Source: Hamiltosporidium tvaerminnensis FI-OER-3-3 (Eukaryota > Fungi > Microsporidia). From it: a DNA stretch of 64,000 bases. The position numbers were made by a program, and so were the translations under genes. The notes beneath the pieces were generated by a model. The model saw nothing but the letters and a program-made list of their open reading frames with translations, searched no databases and was not told the origin of the DNA. Positions 38,667 to 49,185 of the stretch are shown here, piece after piece; position 1 is the first letter of the stretch; every line of letters begins with the position of its first letter. The stretch is from NCBI GenBank assembly GCA_022605425.2, contig JAKIMF020000005.1:930001-994000 (forward strand), in the 5' to 3' direction.

Positions 38667-38688
38667 AAATTTCTCTTCAACCCCAATG
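38667..38688 (+). promoter_or_regulatory. Microsporidian-type AAATTT..CCC-ATG core promoter signal
   Basis: AAATTTCTCTTCAACCCCAATG; CCC also precedes the starts at 977, 6841, 8489, 18245, 22567 and 57695. Confidence 0.65.
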
Positions 38689-41600
38689 AAACCTTCAAAC
38701 AATAACACACAAAAAAACACTTCATCCTTAGAAAAAATAATAAACCACATAACATCTACAACCACCATAAAAAACCACATCCTAGAATCAATAATAACAT
38801 CCCACACAAAAAAAGCAATAATATACCTCCCTGATCCATCAGACATACTAACAACAATAAAGACCATTTCTATTATCCCGAACACAGGAAACATTTTAGT
38901 TCTTATAGATGACACACATTTCAACGAGCGATTTAATCAGTATAAAATAAAATTCCCACATATTTTAGCACCTTCAGAGAAGTTATTAACGTATCTTCCA
39001 CACAAAATATTTCCACTCTCGTATACCAACATACTGTGTGTGCAGAACAACAGCAAGTTCCATGAGCTCCAAGAAAATCACCCAAAGATTATTTCTACAC
39101 TCGTTTTAGATGACATTAAAAATATACGAAATTTTCTAGGTCTCGTCAGAAAATTATCAAATTCTCTTCTCAACATACAGAATATCATTTGTCTCACTAC
39201 TTCTCCATTTCTTTTTATTGATTATTTTCATACCAAAGACCACCTCTTCCAATGTATTACACCTATTCTCTACGACAAACCTACTTCTTTTTTCTATAAA
39301 AAGTTGTTAGAATTAAGTGAAATAATATATTATAAACCATGTAAAGAGATAAGCAGTAGTAACAATACAGAGAACAATAATAATAAATTGGATAATACAA
39401 CCAATACTAATAATATAAATACTGATAGTAAACTAGATAATAATAGTATAAATACTAATAATATAAATACAAATATAAATACAAATATAAATACTAATAT
39501 AAATACTAATATAAATACTAATATAAATACAACAACCAATACAACAACCAATACAACAACCAATACAACAACCAATATCACTAATACACTTCAAAATATT
39601 ATAAATTATATTCTTACAAATCTAAATACAAATTATTTTAAAAGATTTAGAATCTTATTTGAATTCCTTATAAATAACGACCTTCTAGACACAGAAATAC
39701 TACTTTCATCAGAAGAATCTTCAGTTTTAAACCAAAAAGATATTTTATTTTTTCAAAAAAATTCATACAAATCACAAAAATTAATATTTTTATTTCAAAC
39801 ACTTTCACTCTTCAACACACAAAAAGTTGTTATTGTAGTTAAAGACAGTAAAATTAAAGGAATATTGAATTATATTATAAGATTCTACTCAGGGCGGTAC
39901 TTTGACGAGGGAATATGTGATAGTAATAGATTTGATAGTAAGGATTACAGTAGGGATTATAGATGTTATAGTAGTAATAAAGATAGTAATAAAGATTGTA
40001 TTAAAGATACTAATACCAATACTAATAAAGATAGTATTAAAGATACTATTACCAACGAATATACTACCAACCAATATACTACTAATACAAATACTACTAC
40101 AAACCAATATACTAATATTATCAACCAATACAACTACAATGTTGAAATATCTGAGATTGACTTTATAGATGATTTCTCAGATTTAATTTATTTAATATTA
40201 TTTAATTATTTTCCTATATCAACACCTCATAGAAAATATATTTTAGTTCCAAATAATTTTAAAAATTATTTTTATAAACTTATAAATTCAGAAAGTAAAA
40301 TTGAATGTGAAATTAAACCTTCTTTATGTATTGATAAAGAGATAAGTGTATTACTATTACAGAAGAACAGTATATTTGATAGTATGGATGTAGGGGGGGA
40401 GATAGGGTATAATGAGTATAATAGTAATGAGTATATAGGGTATAAGGGGTATATAGGGGATAGTAATAAAGGGTATAATAGTAAAGAGTATAAGGTGTAT
40501 AATAGTAATGAGTATAATGAGTATAATAGTAATGAGATTGTTAGTAACCCTTCTACTAATAATACTAGTAATACTAATAATACTAATAATACTACTAACA
40601 CCTATACTACTAATACTACTAATAACAATACTAATACTACTAATACTAATACCTATACTAACCCTTCTAATACCTATACTAATAACAATACTACTACCAA
40701 TACTACTAATACCTATACTACTAATACCTATAATAATACCATTCCCTTTATTACTCTACAACCGTTTAATTTTAATATTTCAACTGTAAAAACAGAAAAT
40801 AATTTTAAAAAAAGAAATAACAACAACCACAACAACAAGAGACAGCAGTATAACAACAGTGGTGATAGTAATTCATATATTAATAACTCATATATTAATA
40901 ATTCATATATTAGTAGTAATATTGGTAATAGTAGTAATTACTGTAATATTAATAATATTGGTAATTACTGTAATATTGGTAATTCATATATTAGCAATAT
41001 CAGTAATACTAATAACAAAAATATAAATACTAATAACAAAAATATAAATAATAACAGTAATAACAATACTACTAATAACAAAAATATAAATACTAATAAT
41101 ACTAATAATACTACTAATACTACTAATAACAAAATAAATATAAATAATACTAACAAAAATATAAATATAACTAATAATACTAACAAAAATATAAATACCA
41201 CCACCCCACACACCCCCGCTAATAACTACCACCACCCTGTTCTTGATATAGATGCTAATAGAGAATTCAAAGTATTACTAAAAAACAAAGAAGATTTTAA
41301 AAAAATAATTTTTATTTTAAAAAATAAAGATTTTATACAAAAAATAACCTTTAAAAATAATAAAGGAATAATTCTAATGAAAAAAGGTTTTAAATATAGA
41401 ATTACTAATATAAGTATAATGTTATCTAAATTATTATCATTACCTATAATATGTAATACATCTTTTAAATCTATAAATAATATATTTCTTAATAGTACAT
41501 GTGTTAGTTTTGGATTAATGACATATTATAGTATATTTAGTAATTCTTATATGTTTAGAGGTAATAATTATATACATTTTTATAACAGAAGTATAGTAAT

Positions 41601-44600
41601 ATATATATGTGGTAGTGTGTGGGAGGGGGGTAGTGGTAGTGGTGTGGGTAGTGTGGGTGGTAGTGGTAGGGATAGTAATAATATTAATAGTAATAGTAAT
41701 AGTAATATAGATAGTAACAATACTAGTAGTAATATAGATAGTAATATAGATAGTAATATAGATAGTAACAATAATAATACTAATAATACTAATCAAACTA
41801 ATAATAATAATAATACTACTAATATTATTTTTAAGGTTGAGTTGTCTTATACTGATATTGATAAGTATATAGCTTTAGATATTAGTAATAATGTAATAGA
41901 TATATATATATTACTAAGAGTATTACCAAGGATATACATAAGTAGTAATTCATATGTAGGTAATTCATATGTAGGTAGTAGTGGTAATCCTTATACTGGT
42001 AATACTGGTAATCCTTATACTGGTAATCCTTATACTAGTAATCCATATACTAACTATACTAATAACAACAACCCTAATAACTATACCAACCCTAACAACA
42101 ATCCTTATACCAACCCTAACAATAACAATAACTATACTAACAATAAATATACCACCCTACATAAAAAATTACAACTCTTTGATACTTTGGATTGGAGAAG
42201 AGTTAGTATAAAAGAAGTACCTTTTATTAAAGAGAGATATGATATAAAAATACAAATAGATTGTTATAATAAAGAAAATAAAAATATAATTAATAAGATA
42301 ATAGAAGAGAAAAGAAAGATACCTTTTAATACACAAGAAAGTGAATTTATATTTTATACTTTGTGTTATTATAGTAGTAGTGTATACTTTAGCAAGGTAA
42401 TTGATACAGGGAGGGGTAGTATATATAGGAATATGTTGGATGGGAATATGTTGGATGGGAATAATGGGAGGGGTAGTATATATAGGAATATAGATAGTAA
42501 TATATTGGAGGGGAATAGTAATAGTGGGAGGGGTAGTATATATAGGAATAGTAGTATAGATAGTAATAGGAATAGGAATAGTAGTATAGATAGTAATAGG
42601 AATAGTAATATAGATAATAATATAAGAGATAATAAAGATAATACAAGAGATAATACAAGAGATAATATAAGAGATATAGATACTAACCATACTAATACTA
42701 ATTATACTAACCATACTAATACTAATACTAATACTAATACTAATAATACTAATACTAATCATACTAACCAATACAACCAATACAACCAATACAACCATAA
42801 TACTAACCAATACAACAATAATACTAAAAAACTTACTTGCTCTGAGATACGTGTTATTCTAAAAGATATATCTTTTGATAATTATTATTATTTAGAATGT
42901 TTATTAAGTAGAAAAGAAAGATTTATATCTTTACAATTAGAAGAAGAAGATATAGAAATATTTAAAAATATAAATTTTAAAGAATTATGTATTTTTATAG
43001 ATAGTAGTTTAAGAGAGAGGTTTGTATGTGTAAAGAGTGTTATTGAAGGGTATTACAGGGGTGTATTAGTGGGTGGTAGTAGGGAGGGTGGTAGGGATAG
43101 GGGGGGTAGGGAGGGTGGTAGTAGTAATTATAGGGAGGGTGGTAGTAGTATAAGTAATAGTAATATTAGTAGTAATAACAACCCTATTAGTAATAACAAC
43201 CCTATTAGTAGTATAAGAGATATAAGTAATAACAACCCTAATACCAATCACAACAATACCAACAACCATCACACTACCCTTCTTATTAGAAGTATGGTTA
43301 TAACTCCTCTTTCTATTATATTTAATTATCCTAAACATTCTATGAAGAATAGAGTGTTAAGAAACTTTGATAGTGATAAATTTATAAGAGTAAGTTTTAG
43401 AGAAGAAAATAAAAATATTTTAAAAAGAAATATTTATAGAGATAATTCATATGTATATGATAATTATAGAGATATACTGTTAGAAGGGTTTTATTTAGGA
43501 AATAGAAAGTATTTTTTTCTTGCTATGAGTTCTAGTCAATTAAAGGGGCATAACTCATGGTTTGTGAGTCCATATATGAGTAATGGTATAAAGGGGGGTA
43601 GTGATAGTAGGGGTATTAGTAATAGTAGTGTTAGTAGGGGTATTAGTAATAGTAGTGTTAGTAATAGTAGTGTTAGTAATAGTAAGGGTATGTTAGAGGG
43701 TGTTAGTAATAGTAAGGGTATGTTAGAGGGTGTTAGTAATAGTAAGGGTATGTTAGAGGGTGTTAGTAATAGTAAGGGTATGTTAGAGGGTGTTAGTAAT
43801 AGTAAGGGTATGTTAGAGGGTGTTAGTAATAGTAAGGGTATGTTAGAGGGTGTTAGTAATAGTAAGGGTATGTTAGAGCGTGTTAGTAATAAGGGTTATA
43901 CAAGTAATAGTAATAGTAGTTATAATCTTATTACTACTAGAGATTATAATAACACCCTCCCTACTATCAACAATACTAATAACACCCTCCCTACTAATAA
44001 CAATACTATCAATAATACCCTTATTGGCTGTGATTATATAAGAGCTTGGATGGGTGACTTTAGTTTAATAAAAAATGTAGGAAAGTATTGTATAAGACTT
44101 GGACAGTCTTTAAGTACTACTATAGAGACAGTTAAAATAGATAATGATAATTATAGAGAGGAGAGTGATATAATAAGGAATGTGGGTGTAGTAGGTAGGG
44201 ATATATGTGTGGGGGGTAGTATATATAGTAATATAGATAATAATAATTATGATAGTAATATAGATAATAGTAAGGATAATAATAGGGATAGTAATAGGGA
44301 TATAGATAGTAATATAGATAATACTAATACTAACAACAACCATACTACTAACACCCCTACTACTACTAACAATACACTTTATTGCTTTACTGATGGCTGT
44401 GGTAAGATTTCTTATTCTTTAAGTGTTAAAGTATCTAAAATTTTAGGTTTAAATTATATTCCTTCTGCTTTTCAAATACGTTTTAAAGGATATAAAGGTG
44501 TAGTAGTTTTAGATAAAGAATTAGATAAGATAGAGAATAAGTATATAAAGGAGAGTATAACAGAGATAATGTATGGTAGTGGTAGTGGTAGTGGTAGTAG

Positions 44601-47600
44601 TAGTGGTAAAGTGGATAGTAATATAACAGATAATATATTAGATAGTAGTAAAGAGGATACTAATATAATAGATAATTTAATAGATAGTAATATATTAGAT
44701 AATAATATATTAGATAATAACATATTAGATACTAATTTAATAGATAATAATACTAATAATATATTAGATACTAATTTAATAGATAATAATACTAATAATA
44801 TATTAGATAATATATTAGATAATAACAATCAAAACACTAATACTATGATTGATCCTCTTGCTTTTCTTGGGTTGCATTCTAAGGTGGATTTGGTTTTAAG
44901 ACCTTCTATGAGGAAGTTTGAGAGTGATTATTCTTTTTTAGAAATAATAAATTATTCTCAGTGTATAGGTTGCTATTTGAATAGACAAATAATAATTATA
45001 TTGGAGAGTTTAGGTGTTGAGAAGAGGGTTTTTATGGAGATATTAGATGAGAGTTTAAAAGTAATATTTAGAAATGTTTTTAGGGAGCCTTTTTTAATTT
45101 TAGAGAAAAAATGTAATTTTTTTGGGGTTTTTAAGGAGTTTAAGAGAGAATTTGGGGAGAATAAAATGGGATTTAATGGGATTGATGAGATGGATGGGAT
45201 TGATGGGATTGATGGGATTGATGAGAATAATAACTATAATAAGTATAATGAGTTTAGGAATGAGGGTAGAAAAGATTCTAAGAAGGTTTGTAGAACAGAT
45301 TCTAAGAAGGTGTGTAGAACAGATTCTAAAAATGAGTTTAAGAATGAGATATTTTTTAGAAAATTGTTGTTTCCTATTGTTGGGAGTGTTTTTGGGGATT
45401 TGTATAGAAAAAGTAGGTTGTATTTAGATAAAGGGAGGGTTTTAATTGGTGTTGTAGATTGTAGTGGTGTGTTGGAAGAGAATGAGATATTTGTAATGAC
45501 AAGTAGGGAGTGTAGTGGAGATATATATAATATAGTAAGGAATGACAGGTTTGATAGATTTGACAGATTTGATAGATTTGATAAGGGATGTGATAATAAT
45601 AGATCAGATACTAGTAATAATCAAAATACTAATACAACCAATCAAAGTACTAATACAACTAATAATCAAAATACGGGTGATGATGACTTCTTTGTTGTTT
45701 CTTCTACTTGTATTGTTACTAAGAATCCTTGTTTACATCCTGGAGATATACGGGTAGTTAAGGCGGTGGATAGAAAAGAATTATATCATTTAAAAAACTG
45801 TTTGGTTTTTAGTAGTAAGGGAAGAAGACCTGTGTTTAATATGTGTAGTGGGTCTGATTTGGATGGTGATTTGTATTTTGTGTGTTGGGATGAAAGATTG
45901 ATAATAAAAAAAATGTATGAACCAGACTTGTATAAGAATGAAAATGTTTTAATTAAAGAAGTGGTAAGTTCTACTGATATAGTAAATTTTTATATAAAAT
46001 ATATGAGAGAGAATCAGTTAGGAAGAATAGCTAATGCACATTTAGCTTTAAGTGATATGTCTAGTAAAGGAGTTTTAGATGAGAGGTGTTTAAAATTGAG
46101 TTGTATTTTTAATCAGGGGGTTGATTTTCCTAAGACAGGGTATGTGGCTAAATTACCTATAAATTTGGTACCTGAAGCTTTTCCTGATTTTATGGAAGTT
46201 AATGGGTCGAGTTATTGTAGTAGGAAGGTGTTGGGGGTTATGTATAGGAGATGTGGTGTTTTAAGACTTGATCAGGATATTAATTTGGGAAGTTCTGTAA
46301 ACACCAGTCAATATAATAGAGTTGGAGATGGAATGGATGAAGAGGATGGAATGGATTGTGAGGATAGAGTGGATGGTTTGGATGGTGGTAACAATAGTAA
46401 GTCTAGCTCTGCTTATAATTCTAATAGTAAGTCTAGCTCTGCTTATAATTCTAATAATAGGTCTAATTCCAGTTTTAATTTCACTCCTAACAATACCTCT
46501 GATTTAATTTATTGTGATTGTAATTCTTGTCTTACTGATATTACGGATTCTGCTTTTGATTATACGAGAATATTGATTGTTGGGTTGAATATGAAAAGAA
46601 AGGTGGTGGTTTATCCTGTGGGTATTGAGAGGTATATGGAACAAGCGATGGTAGATTTTAATAATTATAAATTTGAGATTTATAAACTGATGAGACAATT
46701 TAATTTGAAAAGGGAAAGTGAATTATTTGTGATGAGTGAGAGAGATGAAAAAACAGGGTATGAGGAACAGAGAGTACAAAGAAATGTTATTGTGGGGTGT
46801 GTGAGAGAATTATTTCTGAGATATAAAAAAATATTTTATAAAGATTTGAGAAAAGAAGAAATTCAATATAAAATATTGAGTTGGTATAAGATATGTGACA
46901 ATTGTAAAGAAGATGTGCATTCATTTCCGTGGATTCTGAGTAATTTGTTGATGAATGTGTTGAATAAGTATTTGGTGATGAGGGAATATTCTTTTAGTAG
47001 GGTTAAAATATTGAAGGATGGGAAGGAAATATTTTTGAGTAATAAATATTGGTTGAAGAGGTTGGAACTGTTTGATGTGAGGTATTCTAGATTCTGTTTG
47101 AATGAGAGAGTTGTGTTTGTGGAGAGTGGATATAAATTGAGAGATGTGTTTGGAAGTAAGATGACTAATTTGTATTATGTAAGAGAAGATAAGAATTATG
47201 ATAGGAATGGAGGTAATAATAGGGGAGGAGACAAATTTGGTGAAGAAATATTTTTAGATGCGGAAAAAGAGAAAGATGAGTTCATGGAGGGAATAAATAA
47301 TAATTTTAGTATTTTTGTGAGTGGATATATTGAAAGAAACGAAAATATGAGAAGAGTTTTGTCTTTGTGTGATTCTGGGTATTTGGAATTGTTTCATATA
47401 TTTTTTGCTTTGAAAATATTTTCTTTTGATAAGTTTGGATTAATTTTTGATTTCTTTGAATATTTAATAGCAAATAATATTTTTAAAATTGAAGATATTT
47501 CCGATTTTCTTGTTGATATGAGTAGTTTTAGTTATAAAAAAGCTGAAGAATCTGTTTTTTTGAGTAAACATGAGATGTTTATAAAATGGTATATAAAAAA

Positions 47601-49110
47601 CTTATCTAATGAAAGATTTGAAAATAGGCGAAATAAAAAAGGTGGAGATTTTGGTAAAAATAATGAAAAAATCAATGGTGAGTGTGGTGGTGTAGAAGAT
47701 TTTTTATTTTTAGAAGATAAAAGTAATGTAATTTTGATTGCTGCGTATTTGATATCTTTAAATATAAATATAACTTATAAAATGAGAATGGCACAAAATA
47801 TTTTGGCGCAGATTAAAGTATCAATACGTAATAATAGTGTTATTAGTAGTGTGGATACTTTTATAGGAATTGCTAAACATAATGATTTATCTATTGTTGG
47901 TATGCTTGATAAGTATGACGATGTACGATTAAAAAAATATTTTGGGAAGAAAAATAAAAAACATGAAAAATATTCTTTATTTGTGCCAGTGTTAATGAAT
48001 AAGGGAATTTGTGAGATTGAGTGTTATAAAAATGATTTTAAAATGTTTTTATTGTCTCATTATTGGAATAAACGATACGATTGTAGAAATGAAGAGTTGG
48101 AAGTGAGGGTAACAACGGGGAAGTTGTATTTCTATGCAGTTGGATCGAAATATATAAATATGCCTGTAAAAATTAAGGAATTGGTTAATTTAATTGTGTT
48201 TAATCGGTCAAAATTTGGTTCTAATGAAATTGATGCGAATAAGGAGTATTTGAATGGATTTTTTATTAATGATCATGTATTGTTGGATAGAAATGAGAGA
48301 AATGGGTATGTAGAGAAGAAAGGACTGGTTTTTAGAGGCAAGAGAGTTGAATGTGATTTAAGTTTTAGGATTAATGATGTGAGATATGGAATTATTTTTG
48401 AATTTATTCAGAAATCAAATGAATTTGGTGAAGTCTTGTGTGATGTGGAAAAACGAGTGGATGGATTTAAGGACGATTTTAATATCAACGGAAATGAAAT
48501 ACACAACGAGGATGAATTGAAACCTTTTAATGTAAATATGTTTGAAGAGAGAAACGCAAATGAGAATAATTCTTCAAATTTAACTTTATTGGAAAAGCTT
48601 CAAAATAAAAGTGAATATCGTATTATTACTAAGAAAATTACAAAAAATAGAAATATTTATGGAAGATACGAAATAATAAACAGTATTGGTCCGAATGATA
48701 AAGATATTTTATTTGAAATTGCTCGGGAAGAGATATTATATGATAAAGATAGAAATATAAATAATTTAAGTGAATCTGAGTCATTTTTATTGAGAGAAGA
48801 TGGTCTGGAGTATCTGAGGGGAGATTTTGTTGTGTGTGGCGCATGGAAGTCTTATAGAAATTTACGGTTGGATATTTCGACTATTATTGAGTTGAGTCTT
48901 TCTGATAGTTCAAGTAAAAATTTGAAGATTCCGTTGATTTTGTGTTATAAAAGAATTCTTTCTGGTATGGTAAATGGAAATTTTACTGCGGAAAAGAAAT
49001 GTTCTGTTGTTTATGGATTGGCTTTGAAAAAAATATCTGAAATTATGAACCATAATCAATTCGAAGATTATTTTAATGGTGTATGGGGTCTTTATACAGA
49101 TTATTTCTGA
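38686..49110 (+). CDS. Eukaryotic RNAi-type RNA-dependent RNA polymerase with N-terminal degenerate helicase-like region and many low-complexity inserts
   Basis: NRVLR, SSSQLK, FTDGCGKIS, PSAFQIRF.GYKGV, KNPCLHPGDIR, catalytic SGSDLDGD (DLDGD at 45856-45870), VDFPKTG. Confidence 0.95.
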   Translation: MKPSNNNTQKNTSSLEKIINHITSTTTIKNHILESIITSHTKKAIIYLPDPSDILTTIKTISIIPNTGNILVLIDDTHFNERFNQYKIKFPHILAPSEKLLTYLPHKIFPLSYTNILCVQNNSKFHELQENHPKIISTLVLDDIKNIRNFLGLVRKLSNSLLNIQNIICLTTSPFLFIDYFHTKDHLFQCITPILYDKPTSFFYKKLLELSEIIYYKPCKEISSSNNTENNNNKLDNTTNTNNINTDSKLDNNSINTNNINTNINTNINTNINTNINTNINTTTNTTTNTTTNTTTNITNTLQNIINYILTNLNTNYFKRFRILFEFLINNDLLDTEILLSSEESSVLNQKDILFFQKNSYKSQKLIFLFQTLSLFNTQKVVIVVKDSKIKGILNYIIRFYSGRYFDEGICDSNRFDSKDYSRDYRCYSSNKDSNKDCIKDTNTNTNKDSIKDTITNEYTTNQYTTNTNTTTNQYTNIINQYNYNVEISEIDFIDDFSDLIYLILFNYFPISTPHRKYILVPNNFKNYFYKLINSESKIECEIKPSLCIDKEISVLLLQKNSIFDSMDVGGEIGYNEYNSNEYIGYKGYIGDSNKGYNSKEYKVYNSNEYNEYNSNEIVSNPSTNNTSNTNNTNNTTNTYTTNTTNNNTNTTNTNTYTNPSNTYTNNNTTTNTTNTYTTNTYNNTIPFITLQPFNFNISTVKTENNFKKRNNNNHNNKRQQYNNSGDSNSYINNSYINNSYISSNIGNSSNYCNINNIGNYCNIGNSYISNISNTNNKNINTNNKNINNNSNNNTTNNKNINTNNTNNTTNTTNNKININNTNKNINITNNTNKNINTTTPHTPANNYHHPVLDIDANREFKVLLKNKEDFKKIIFILKNKDFIQKITFKNNKGIILMKKGFKYRITNISIMLSKLLSLPIICNTSFKSINNIFLNSTCVSFGLMTYYSIFSNSYMFRGNNYIHFYNRSIVIYICGSVWEGGSGSGVGSVGGSGRDSNNINSNSNSNIDSNNTSSNIDSNIDSNIDSNNNNTNNTNQTNNNNNTTNIIFKVELSYTDIDKYIALDISNNVIDIYILLRVLPRIYISSNSYVGNSYVGSSGNPYTGNTGNPYTGNPYTSNPYTNYTNNNNPNNYTNPNNNPYTNPNNNNNYTNNKYTTLHKKLQLFDTLDWRRVSIKEVPFIKERYDIKIQIDCYNKENKNIINKIIEEKRKIPFNTQESEFIFYTLCYYSSSVYFSKVIDTGRGSIYRNMLDGNMLDGNNGRGSIYRNIDSNILEGNSNSGRGSIYRNSSIDSNRNRNSSIDSNRNSNIDNNIRDNKDNTRDNTRDNIRDIDTNHTNTNYTNHTNTNTNTNTNNTNTNHTNQYNQYNQYNHNTNQYNNNTKKLTCSEIRVILKDISFDNYYYLECLLSRKERFISLQLEEEDIEIFKNINFKELCIFIDSSLRERFVCVKSVIEGYYRGVLVGGSREGGRDRGGREGGSSNYREGGSSISNSNISSNNNPISNNNPISSIRDISNNNPNTNHNNTNNHHTTLLIRSMVITPLSIIFNYPKHSMKNRVLRNFDSDKFIRVSFREENKNILKRNIYRDNSYVYDNYRDILLEGFYLGNRKYFFLAMSSSQLKGHNSWFVSPYMSNGIKGGSDSRGISNSSVSRGISNSSVSNSSVSNSKGMLEGVSNSKGMLEGVSNSKGMLEGVSNSKGMLEGVSNSKGMLEGVSNSKGMLEGVSNSKGMLERVSNKGYTSNSNSSYNLITTRDYNNTLPTINNTNNTLPTNNNTINNTLIGCDYIRAWMGDFSLIKNVGKYCIRLGQSLSTTIETVKIDNDNYREESDIIRNVGVVGRDICVGGSIYSNIDNNNYDSNIDNSKDNNRDSNRDIDSNIDNTNTNNNHTTNTPTTTNNTLYCFTDGCGKISYSLSVKVSKILGLNYIPSAFQIRFKGYKGVVVLDKELDKIENKYIKESITEIMYGSGSGSGSSSGKVDSNITDNILDSSKEDTNIIDNLIDSNILDNNILDNNILDTNLIDNNTNNILDTNLIDNNTNNILDNILDNNNQNTNTMIDPLAFLGLHSKVDLVLRPSMRKFESDYSFLEIINYSQCIGCYLNRQIIIILESLGVEKRVFMEILDESLKVIFRNVFREPFLILEKKCNFFGVFKEFKREFGENKMGFNGIDEMDGIDGIDGIDENNNYNKYNEFRNEGRKDSKKVCRTDSKKVCRTDSKNEFKNEIFFRKLLFPIVGSVFGDLYRKSRLYLDKGRVLIGVVDCSGVLEENEIFVMTSRECSGDIYNIVRNDRFDRFDRFDRFDKGCDNNRSDTSNNQNTNTTNQSTNTTNNQNTGDDDFFVVSSTCIVTKNPCLHPGDIRVVKAVDRKELYHLKNCLVFSSKGRRPVFNMCSGSDLDGDLYFVCWDERLIIKKMYEPDLYKNENVLIKEVVSSTDIVNFYIKYMRENQLGRIANAHLALSDMSSKGVLDERCLKLSCIFNQGVDFPKTGYVAKLPINLVPEAFPDFMEVNGSSYCSRKVLGVMYRRCGVLRLDQDINLGSSVNTSQYNRVGDGMDEEDGMDCEDRVDGLDGGNNSKSSSAYNSNSKSSSAYNSNNRSNSSFNFTPNNTSDLIYCDCNSCLTDITDSAFDYTRILIVGLNMKRKVVVYPVGIERYMEQAMVDFNNYKFEIYKLMRQFNLKRESELFVMSERDEKTGYEEQRVQRNVIVGCVRELFLRYKKIFYKDLRKEEIQYKILSWYKICDNCKEDVHSFPWILSNLLMNVLNKYLVMREYSFSRVKILKDGKEIFLSNKYWLKRLELFDVRYSRFCLNERVVFVESGYKLRDVFGSKMTNLYYVREDKNYDRNGGNNRGGDKFGEEIFLDAEKEKDEFMEGINNNFSIFVSGYIERNENMRRVLSLCDSGYLELFHIFFALKIFSFDKFGLIFDFFEYLIANNIFKIEDISDFLVDMSSFSYKKAEESVFLSKHEMFIKWYIKNLSNERFENRRNKKGGDFGKNNEKINGECGGVEDFLFLEDKSNVILIAAYLISLNINITYKMRMAQNILAQIKVSIRNNSVISSVDTFIGIAKHNDLSIVGMLDKYDDVRLKKYFGKKNKKHEKYSLFVPVLMNKGICEIECYKNDFKMFLLSHYWNKRYDCRNEELEVRVTTGKLYFYAVGSKYINMPVKIKELVNLIVFNRSKFGSNEIDANKEYLNGFFINDHVLLDRNERNGYVEKKGLVFRGKRVECDLSFRINDVRYGIIFEFIQKSNEFGEVLCDVEKRVDGFKDDFNINGNEIHNEDELKPFNVNMFEERNANENNSSNLTLLEKLQNKSEYRIITKKITKNRNIYGRYEIINSIGPNDKDILFEIAREEILYDKDRNINNLSESESFLLREDGLEYLRGDFVVCGAWKSYRNLRLDISTIIELSLSDSSSKNLKIPLILCYKRILSGMVNGNFTAEKKCSVVYGLALKKISEIMNHNQFEDYFNGVWGLYTDYF
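43681..43890 (+). repeat. In-frame 30-bp minisatellite x7 (SKGMLEGVSN)
   Basis: AGTAAGGGTATGTTAGAGGGTGTTAGTAAT: six perfect copies and one with a single change. Confidence 0.97.
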
Positions 49111-49185
49111 TAAATTCGGTTATTTTTTTTAATTGTTTTTAATGTCGATTTCATTTTTTTGGATTGACTTTTAGTGTGTTTTTTT

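Noticed and set aside
43585-44020. RdRP inserts as canonical spliceosomal introns
   Set aside because: No GTAAGT..CTAA.AG boundaries seen, and all preserve frame without stops; non-canonical removal remains untested
39330-46698. Many Ile/Leu/Val/Tyr-rich short ORFs overlapping the RdRP (also at 59.8-63.8 kb)
   Set aside because: Shadow frames of low-complexity triplet repeats
49108-49110. Genome-wide UGA=Trp recoding suggested by the tRNA
   Set aside because: TGA terminates several genes at plausible ends, and conserved Trp residues checked use TGG
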